From Microcystaceae cyanobacterium (GTDB lineage Bacteria; Cyanobacteriota; Cyanobacteriia; Cyanobacteriales; Microcystaceae), in assembly GCA_041746575.1 (NCBI GenBank), contig JBGTGT010000091.1, positions 1 to 36,410 of the forward strand: a stretch of DNA of 36,410 bases. Reading direction: 5' to 3'. Positions 29,695 to 36,410 of this stretch are shown one piece after another (the first letter of the stretch is position 1; the number at the start of each line of letters is the position of its first letter). Both the position numbers and the translations under genes were made by a program. The notes beneath the pieces are model-generated. The model saw only the letters and a program-made list of their open reading frames with translations. It searched no databases and was not told the origin of the DNA.

Positions 29695-31908
29695 TTAACC
29701 GAATTTGCCTGCTGTTGAAGCAATGAGAAAGGCGGCGTAAGTTAAGATGTAACCCACTGTAAAGTGAGCCAATCCGACTAAACGACCTTGCACGATGGAC
29801 ATAGCCACAGGCTTGTCTTTCCAACGAACGAGGTTCGCTAGAGGGGTACGCTGGTGCGCCCAAACGAGTGTTTCAATTAACTCTTGCCAGTAACCCCGCC
29901 AAGAGATGAGGAACATGAAGCCAGTTGCCCAAACAAGGTGTCCAAAAAGGAACATCCAAGCCCAAACTGACAGGTTATTCACGCCATAGGGGTTATAGCC
30001 GTTGATCAACTGAGCAGAGTTTGCCCAGAGGTAATCTCGAAACCAACCCATTAAATAGGTCGAGTTTTCGTTGAACTGAGCTACGTTCCCCGCCCATAAG
30101 GTGAGGTGTTTCCAGTGCCAGTAGAAGGTCAACCAACCGATGGTGTTGAGCATCCAGAACATGGCAAGGTAGAACGAATCCCAAGCAGAGATGTCGCAAG
30201 TACCGCCACGACCGGGGCCATCACAAGGGAAGGAATAGCCGAAGTCTTTTTTATCAGGCATTAACTTAGAGCCGCGAGCATCTAGTGCGCCTTTCACCAA
30301 GATTAAGGTGGTGGTGTGCAGACCTAAGGCAATGGCATGGTGGACTAAAAAGTCTCCGGGGCCAATGGTTAAGAACAGAGAGTTTGCCCCACTGTTAATG
30401 GCATCCAACCAGCCGGATAACCAGACGTTGCCGTAATTAGGATAAGCGGTGTAGGCGATGCTGTCAGGGTTAGACAGTAAGGTATCAAACCCATAAAGGG
30501 CTTTACCATGAGCCGCCTGAATCCATTGGGCGAACACGGGTTCAATTAAGATTTGTTTTTCCGGTGTGCCAAAGGCGACAACCACATCGTTGTGAACGTA
30601 GAGTCCTAAGGTGTGGAAACCCAAGAAAAGGGATACCCAGCTTAAATGAGAGATGAGAACTTCTTTGTGGTCTAACATCCGAGCCAAGACGTTGTTTTTG
30701 TTGGCTTCGGGGTCGTAGTCCCGTACAAAGAAGATCGCACCGTGGGCAAATGCTCCTACCATCAAAAATCCAGCGATGTACTGGTGATGGGTATAAAGAG
30801 AGGCTTGAGTGGTATAGTCTTTTGCTAGGAAAGCATAGGGGGGCATGGCGTACATATGTTGTGCCACCAAAGAGGTCACAACCCCTAAGCAAGCTAAGGC
30901 TAGCCCTAACTGGAAGTGCAGGGAGTTGTTGACGGTGTCATACATATTTTTGTGACCGTCACCCAATTTTCCGGCAGGAGGTTTGTGGGCATTGAGGATA
31001 TCCCGAATGCTGTGACCGATTGCCCAGTTGGTGCGGTACATATGGCCAGCGATGATAAAGATCACTGCGATCGCCAAGTGGTGATGCGCCATATCCGTTA
31101 ACCAGAGAGACTCGGTTTGCGGGTGAAATCCCCCTAAGAAGGTCAAGATTGCGGTCCCTGAGCCTTGGGCGGTGCCGAATACATGACTGGCCGTATCTGG
31201 ATTTTCTGCGTACACACCCCAGTTTCCGGTGAAGAAGGGTAATAACCCTGCCGGATGGGGAGGCGTGGACAAGAAATTATCCCAACCGACGTGCTGACCC
31301 CGGGATTCGGGGATAGCGACGTGAATCAAATGGCCTGTCCAGGCTAAGCAACTGACGCCAAATAACCCTGCTAAGTGGTGATTGAGGCGAGATTCTGCAT
31401 TTTTGAACCAAGAGAGGCTAGGACGAAACTTCGGTTGTAGGTGTAGCCAACCTGCAAAGAGAAACAGAGAAGACAGAATTAACAGGAAGATTGATCCCTG
31501 ATAGAGATCTCCATTGGTTCGCATACCAATGGTGTAAAACCAGTGATAAACCCCAGAATAGGAGATATCTACTGGATAGGATGCACCCGCTTGGGTAAAA
31601 GCATCTACTGCCCCTTTCCCAAATTGGGGATCCCAGATCGCATGGGCGATGGGACGAATGTTTAACGGATCTTTAATCCACTGTTCAAAGTTACCTTGCC
31701 AGGCGACGTGGAACAGGGTGCCAGACGTCCACAAAAAGATAATGGCGATGTGTCCAAAGTGGGAGGCAAAAATCTTTTGATAGAGATTTTCCTCCGTCAT
31801 GCCATCATGGGTTTCAAAATCGTGGGCGGTGGCAATCCCGTACCAAATCCGACGAGTGGTCGGATCTTGAGCAAGATCCTGGCTAAATTTTGGAAATTTA
31901 GTTGCCAT
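29695..31908 (-). CDS. psaB: Photosystem I P700 apoprotein A2
   Basis: [24 protein letters not shown] motif [13 protein letters not shown]. Confidence 0.99.
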   Translation of the reverse strand: MATKFPKFSQDLAQDPTTRRIWYGIATAHDFETHDGMTEENLYQKIFASHFGHIAIIFLWTSGTLFHVAWQGNFEQWIKDPLNIRPIAHAIWDPQFGKGAVDAFTQAGASYPVDISYSGVYHWFYTIGMRTNGDLYQGSIFLLILSSLFLFAGWLHLQPKFRPSLSWFKNAESRLNHHLAGLFGVSCLAWTGHLIHVAIPESRGQHVGWDNFLSTPPHPAGLLPFFTGNWGVYAENPDTASHVFGTAQGSGTAILTFLGGFHPQTESLWLTDMAHHHLAIAVIFIIAGHMYRTNWAIGHSIRDILNAHKPPAGKLGDGHKNMYDTVNNSLHFQLGLALACLGVVTSLVAQHMYAMPPYAFLAKDYTTQASLYTHHQYIAGFLMVGAFAHGAIFFVRDYDPEANKNNVLARMLDHKEVLISHLSWVSLFLGFHTLGLYVHNDVVVAFGTPEKQILIEPVFAQWIQAAHGKALYGFDTLLSNPDSIAYTAYPNYGNVWLSGWLDAINSGANSLFLTIGPGDFLVHHAIALGLHTTTLILVKGALDARGSKLMPDKKDFGYSFPCDGPGRGGTCDISAWDSFYLAMFWMLNTIGWLTFYWHWKHLTLWAGNVAQFNENSTYLMGWFRDYLWANSAQLINGYNPYGVNNLSVWAWMFLFGHLVWATGFMFLISWRGYWQELIETLVWAHQRTPLANLVRWKDKPVAMSIVQGRLVGLAHFTVGYILTYAAFLIASTAGKFG

Positions 31909-32033
31909 AGCTATGTAGGAAATTCTCCTTATTGGGCAATTTTAGCAAGCTATTAGATCAAAATGCTGCTTTTGTCCAGAGTTTGTTAACAAAGATAACT
32001 GTTAGGACAGTTACCCTACTTTTGACTGATCAG

Positions 32034-32098
32034 GGTTGGGAGTGTTAGACAACGAGGGTACGAATACCATCGAAGCCTTTCTACCCCTCCCCTTAACC
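32034..32098 (-). other. Long GC-rich stem-loop directly after the psaA stop
   Basis: Minus strand GGTT..GGGGAG pairs with CTCCC.AACC, and GGGGTA pairs with TACCCT. Confidence 0.45.
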
Positions 32099-32104
32099 AG
32101 AAGT

Positions 32105-34360
32105 TTAGCCAATAGATAGGCTTCGTGCTAGGAAGAATGCCCAAGTGGTAACAATTCCCCCTAACAGGTAGTGAGCTACACCTACTGCCCGACCTTGAAT
32201 AATACTCAAGGCGCGAGGCTGAATGGCAGGTGCCAATTTTAGCTTATTGTGAGCCCACACAATGGACTCAATCAGTTCTTGCCAGTAGCCGCGACCACTA
32301 AACAGGAACATTAAGCTAAAGGCGAAGACAAAGTGTCCTGCCAAGAACATAATGCCGTAGGCTGACAGTGCAGTTCCGTAAGAATTGATCACGTTTGCTG
32401 CTTGCGCCCACAGAAAGTCCCGTAACCACCCGTTGATGGTAATCGCACTTTGGGCAAAGTTACCCGCCGTGACATGGTTAATACTGCCATCGGGAGCGAC
32501 GGTTCCCCACACATCCGACTGCATCTTCCAACTGAAGTGGAAAATCACGATGGAGATGGAGTTATACATCCAGAACAAGCCTAAGAAGACATGATCCCAT
32601 CCCGATACTTGGCAAGTACCCCCTCGACCGGGCCCGTCACAAGGGAAACGGAAGCCTAGTTCAGCCTTATCGGGGACAAGGCGAGAGCTACGGGCATACA
32701 GTACCCCTTTGAGCAGGATCAACACGGTAACGTGAATGGTAAAAGCATGGATGTGATGAATCATGAAATCAGCCGTTCCCAAGGCAATGGGCATCACCGC
32801 TACTTTACCGGCCACCGCAATGGTTTCTCCACCAAAAGCATAACTGGCAGGGGCTAAGGCTGAGGGTGCTGTGCCGCCGGGGGCAATGGCGTGGATATGT
32901 TGAATCCACTGGGCAAAGATGGGCTGAAGTTGGATGCCTGTATCGGAGAACATATCTTGAGGACGACCAAAGGCTCTCATGGTGTCGTTATGAACGTACA
33001 ACCCGAAGCTGTGGAAGCCGAGGAAGATACAAACCCAATTCAAGTGGGAAATAATCGCATCTCGATGACGAATCACCCGATCCAGTAGATTATTGACGTT
33101 TTTCGCTGGATCGTAATCCCGTACCATAAAGATTGCGCCGTGAGCGCCAGCACCGACGATCAGGAAGCCGCCAATCCACATATGGTGTGTGAACAAGGAC
33201 AGTTGTGTTCCGTAATCGATCGCTTGGTAGGGATAAGGGGGCATGGCGTACATATGTTGCGCCACGATGATCGTTAGCGAGCCTAACAGGGCGAGGTTAA
33301 TCGCCAATTGGGCGTGCCAAGAGGTGGTCAGGATTTCGTACAGCCCTTTGTGGCCTTCTCCGGTGAAGGGGCCTTTGTGAGCTTCGAGGATTTCCTTCAT
33401 GCTATGGCCGATTCCCCAGTTAGTGCGATACATATGTCCTGCAATGATGAACAGAACAGCAATCGCTAAATGGTGGTGCGCCTGATCCGATAACCAGAGA
33501 CTGCCCGTTACTGGGTTTAATCCACCTTTAAAGGTTAAAAAGTCGGAATAAACGCCCCAGTTAAGGGTAAAGAAAGGGGTCAGTCCTTGGGCAAAACTCG
33601 GATACAGTTCCGCCATCTTACTGGAATCAAGAATGAACTCATGGGGCAAGGGAATGTCCGCAGGAGCCACACCGGCATCTAGAAGCTTGTTAATAGGCAG
33701 GGAGACGTGAATTTGATGTCCCGCCCAACCTAAGGAGCCAAGTCCTAATAAACCGGCAAGATGGTGGTTCATCATGGATTCAACATTTTGGAACCATTCC
33801 AGCTTGGGTGCTCTTTTGTGGTAATGGAACCAACCGGCAAAGAGCATCAGCGCAGCCATCACTAACCCACCAATGGCGGTGCAATAAAGTTGATAGCTGT
33901 TGGTAAAGCCAGAGGCTCGCCAGAGGTAGAAGAATCCAGACGTGATCTGAATGCCGTGGAAACCGCCACCTACATCGGCATTAAGGATGCCTTGTCCGAC
34001 GATTGGCCAGACAACTTGAGCACTAGGCTTAATGTGGGTCGGATCGGTTAACCAAGCTTCATAGTTGGAGAAACGAGCACCATGAAAGTACATTCCGCTT
34101 AACCAAACGAAGACAACGGCTAGATGCCCGAAGTGGGCACTGAAGATTTTACGCGAAATATCTTCTAAATCGCTTGTTTGACTATCAAAATCGTGGGCAT
34201 CGGCGTGAAGGTTCCAAATCCAAGTAGTGGTTTTGGGACCTCTGGACAAAGTGCGGTCAAAATGCCCCGGTTTTCCCCATTTTTCGAATGAAGTAGCCAC
34301 GGGATCGTTATCAACCATCACTTTGACTTTCGCCTCTTTTTCTGGAGGACTGATTGTCAT
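32105..34360 (-). CDS. psaA: Photosystem I P700 apoprotein A1
   Basis: [25 protein letters not shown] motif [13 protein letters not shown]. Confidence 0.99.
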   Translation of the reverse strand: MTISPPEKEAKVKVMVDNDPVATSFEKWGKPGHFDRTLSRGPKTTTWIWNLHADAHDFDSQTSDLEDISRKIFSAHFGHLAVVFVWLSGMYFHGARFSNYEAWLTDPTHIKPSAQVVWPIVGQGILNADVGGGFHGIQITSGFFYLWRASGFTNSYQLYCTAIGGLVMAALMLFAGWFHYHKRAPKLEWFQNVESMMNHHLAGLLGLGSLGWAGHQIHVSLPINKLLDAGVAPADIPLPHEFILDSSKMAELYPSFAQGLTPFFTLNWGVYSDFLTFKGGLNPVTGSLWLSDQAHHHLAIAVLFIIAGHMYRTNWGIGHSMKEILEAHKGPFTGEGHKGLYEILTTSWHAQLAINLALLGSLTIIVAQHMYAMPPYPYQAIDYGTQLSLFTHHMWIGGFLIVGAGAHGAIFMVRDYDPAKNVNNLLDRVIRHRDAIISHLNWVCIFLGFHSFGLYVHNDTMRAFGRPQDMFSDTGIQLQPIFAQWIQHIHAIAPGGTAPSALAPASYAFGGETIAVAGKVAVMPIALGTADFMIHHIHAFTIHVTVLILLKGVLYARSSRLVPDKAELGFRFPCDGPGRGGTCQVSGWDHVFLGLFWMYNSISIVIFHFSWKMQSDVWGTVAPDGSINHVTAGNFAQSAITINGWLRDFLWAQAANVINSYGTALSAYGIMFLAGHFVFAFSLMFLFSGRGYWQELIESIVWAHNKLKLAPAIQPRALSIIQGRAVGVAHYLLGGIVTTWAFFLARSLSIG

Positions 34361-34551
34361 GAGGATTCTCCTCTCTCGACAATGGACTAAATAAAGGGTT
34401 TCCTATTTGAGGATAGTTTAATACAAGAACAGCAAAAGTGAGAACTTTTCCCGCTCATTTGGGTTGCTTTATTTGGCTGATTTTCTGAACTTTCAAACCA
34501 AAGCATCAATACAAGATGATAAATCTTTGTCTTCGGTTCTGCGAGGAATGC

Positions 34552-34660
34552 TTAACAATAATTAAAATTCCCTCAAGGCTTGCAAGAACAGCGATCACAG
34601 TTTTCCCCACTTTGGACAAAAGTCAAGAAAAATCCGTTTTTCTTTACAAAAAGTAACAGA
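34552..34660 (-). promoter_or_regulatory. Putative psaAB promoter with HLR1-like sites
   Basis: Minus-strand GAATTTTAAT-TATTGT-TAAG (-10 at 34560-34555); HLR1-like TTTACAAA-aa-GTAACAGA on the plus strand at 34643-34660. Confidence 0.45.
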
Positions 34661-34993
34661 GTCTTTTCCCTCAAAAAATTTTGACTTTTATCATAGAAAA
34701 CTATCAATAGTAACCTTAGCTTGCCTTGTATATTTTTTAACAAAACTCAAAAAAATCATGGGATAGAAAAAGGGTTAGATTCTAAGACTCGATCTCAAAA
34801 ATTCAAAGCCTCAAAAAAGCTAAAATATTCATAATGACCGATTTTCTAAACTGAATTTGGAAAAGTCAGCTACAAATTAATATCACTCCACAAAAGGTTA
34901 GTTATGCCTGTCCAAAGTGAGGGATTACTCAAAAAATAGCCAGTGTATAGGTCTGCTGTCTGTTCTCTATTAGCGTTATATTTAATTTTTAAC

Positions 34994-35022
34994 TTGAATT
35001 ATCCCCTACAGGGGGATAGCAT
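34994..35022 (+). promoter_or_regulatory. Sigma70-type promoter with a CsoR/RcnR/InrS-type operator in the spacer
   Basis: TTGAAT (34994-34999) - 17 nt - TAGCAT (35017-35022); perfect 7-bp inverted repeat TATCCCC-TACAG-GGGGATA at 35000-35018. Confidence 0.65.
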
Positions 35023-35078
35023 TTTAGAATAGTAACAAGATTGAATTTTGAAGTTATCCCGATTGTTAGGACTCATCT

Positions 35079-36224
35079 ATGGTTGCCATTGAACAACACA
35101 TCCATTCCCCCTCGACTGATACCGCTAAAGATCGCGTGGCGGTTCTTTTAATGGGTTATGGCGAAGTCGAAAGTTACGAAGATTTTGCCCATTACAACGA
35201 GCAAGCCCTAAATTTACTCACTGCTAAGTTCGCGCCGGTTCCCACTTGGGTTTATCCCCCTCTTGCTAAGCTTTTAGCGATGTTCGATCTTCATGAATGG
35301 CAACATCAACATGATCACTTTATTTCCCCCCATAATGCCATTTTTGAACGGCAAAGAGCCAAAATTGAAGCAAAACTACAAGAAAAATGGGGCAATCGCA
35401 TTCAAGTTTTTAAAGCCTTTAATTTTTGTCAACCTTTTTTACCTGAACAAGTATTAGGCGAAATTCAGGCACAAGGATTCGATAAGGTCTTAATTTATCC
35501 CTTATTAGTCGTAGATTCGATCTTTACCAGTGGAATTGCCGTCGAACAAGTTAATCAGGCTTTCGGCACAATAACGAGCGATGAGCATTGGGTAAAGGGA
35601 CTGCGCTATATTCCGTCATTTTACAATCAATCTGATTATATTGACCTAATGGCGAACTTAGTTGAACAAAAAATTGCGCAGAGTCTCTCACAAACTTATT
35701 TACCCTCTCAGATTGGCATTATCTTAATGAATCATGGTTGTCCCCATGAAGCGAAAGGATTTACCTCTGGAATTGACGAAAGTCAGGCATTATATGAATT
35801 GGTGCGGGAAAAATTAATTCATCGCTATCCCTTAATTTCTGTCGGTTGGCTAAACCATCAAACGCCGTTAATTAAGTGGACACAACCCAACGCCGAATTG
35901 GCGGCCAAAAATTTAAGGGATTTAGGGGCCAAAGCACTGGTATTTATGCCCATCGGCTTTGCAACAGAAAATCATGAAACCTTGCTCGATGTTGAACATA
36001 TTATCGCCCATTTACGCCAGTCTAATCCTGACCTAGCGTGCATTCAGATGGAATGTGTCAACGATAATGATGAATTTTGTCAAATGGCAGCAAATTGGGC
36101 AGATCCTCAGATTGAAGCGTTATTAGCCGAACAAGGAGTCAGCGTTAATCCCAGTATTCCCATTTCTCATAATCATACCCATGATCATGATCATTCTCAT
36201 GGTAATGGACACCATCATCATTAA
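35079..36224 (+). CDS. Second ferrochelatase-family (class II chelatase) protein with poly-His tail and no CAB domain
   Basis: VAVLLMGYG, SPHN, IYPL, YIPSFYN, MNHG, W.QP and PIGFATENHETL.D align with the ferrochelatase fold; tail HNHTHDHDHSHGNGHHHH. Confidence 0.85.
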   Translation: MVAIEQHIHSPSTDTAKDRVAVLLMGYGEVESYEDFAHYNEQALNLLTAKFAPVPTWVYPPLAKLLAMFDLHEWQHQHDHFISPHNAIFERQRAKIEAKLQEKWGNRIQVFKAFNFCQPFLPEQVLGEIQAQGFDKVLIYPLLVVDSIFTSGIAVEQVNQAFGTITSDEHWVKGLRYIPSFYNQSDYIDLMANLVEQKIAQSLSQTYLPSQIGIILMNHGCPHEAKGFTSGIDESQALYELVREKLIHRYPLISVGWLNHQTPLIKWTQPNAELAAKNLRDLGAKALVFMPIGFATENHETLLDVEHIIAHLRQSNPDLACIQMECVNDNDEFCQMAANWADPQIEALLAEQGVSVNPSIPISHNHTHDHDHSHGNGHHHH

Positions 36225-36236
36225 GGTTTTTTAAGA

Positions 36237-36264
36237 GTAGGGACGTTTCAGGCAACGTCTCTAC
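36237..36264. repeat. REP-like GTAG palindrome (copy 2)
   Basis: GTAGGGACGTT-TCAGGC-AACGTCTCTAC, 12 nt after the stop codon. Confidence 0.65.
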
Positions 36265-36296
36265 AGCAGAAAATGCTTACTTTTTAGCTCACCGCA

Positions 36297-36410
36297 GAGA
36301 AGCCCCGCGCTGTACCCGATAGGGTCAGCGTCGGGATGAAAGGCGGGTCATCGGTACTCCGGCTTGGAAAGCCGAGGCTTCCTCTGACTTCGTCAATTGA
36401 GGGGTTCAAT
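36297..36410. mobile_element. Probable end of an IS200/IS605-family element (subterminal hairpins), truncated by the window edge
   Basis: GAGAAGC-CCCG-CGCTG-t-ACCC-gata-GGGT-CAGCG-t-CGGG-ATGAA bulged hairpin of the kind seen at cyanobacterial IS605/TnpB element ends, followed by two more hairpins; GC-rich relative to flanks; no ORF visible. Confidence 0.5.

Noticed and set aside
29458..33088. Short alternative-frame and antisense ORFs in and around psaA and psaB
   Set aside because: Shadows of highly conserved genes, with no recognisable motifs.
29695..34360. Far-red (FaRLiP) psaA/psaB paralogs
   Set aside because: Sequences look like standard white-light subunits, and no rfpABC, chlF or far-red apc genes are present.
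34661..34990. Hidden small ORF or RNA in the long spacer between psaA and the chelatase gene
   Set aside because: Only very short ORFs without RBS and no convincing stems found by eye.
1..36410. CRISPR array, cas, phage or defence genes
   Set aside because: No regularly spaced direct repeats or recognisable cas, phage or restriction genes seen.

Overview
AT-rich chromosomal window from a cyanobacterium, probably a unicellular Chroococcales-type organism (many HIP1 GCGATCGC octamers, psaAB, rubA-ycf48-psbEFLJ, crtR, CAB-tailed hemH). It is mostly core genome: hemH, rbfA, moaC, tRNA-Arg(ACG), metK, trmD, ctpB, a GH3 hydrolase, a soluble lytic transglycosylase and the Anbu proteasome-type protease. 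Accessory material: an IS630 transposase tail at the left edge, a twice-frameshifted DUF29 pseudogene, an unannotated SnoaL/NTF2-like pseudogene split by a 157-bp MITE with a TGAC target duplication, REP-like GTAG palindromes, and a probable IS200/IS605 end at the right edge. The strongest new lead is a second, divergent ferrochelatase-family gene (35079-36224). It has a poly-His tail and no CAB domain, and its sigma70-type promoter carries a CsoR/RcnR/InrS-type operator in the -35/-10 spacer, which suggests a metal-inducible chelatase. Other leads: a SAM halogenase/hydrolase (DUF62) homolog lacking the hydrolase triad but with a fluorinase-like F-x-S-R motif; a hybrid kinase paired with a diguanylate cyclase containing a cysteine-less LOV-like domain; a candidate sRNA after yqeG; a symmetric leaderless divergent promoter; and PsaB substitutions near the A1B quinone. 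All family assignments come from motif recognition by eye; no searches or folding programs were run.
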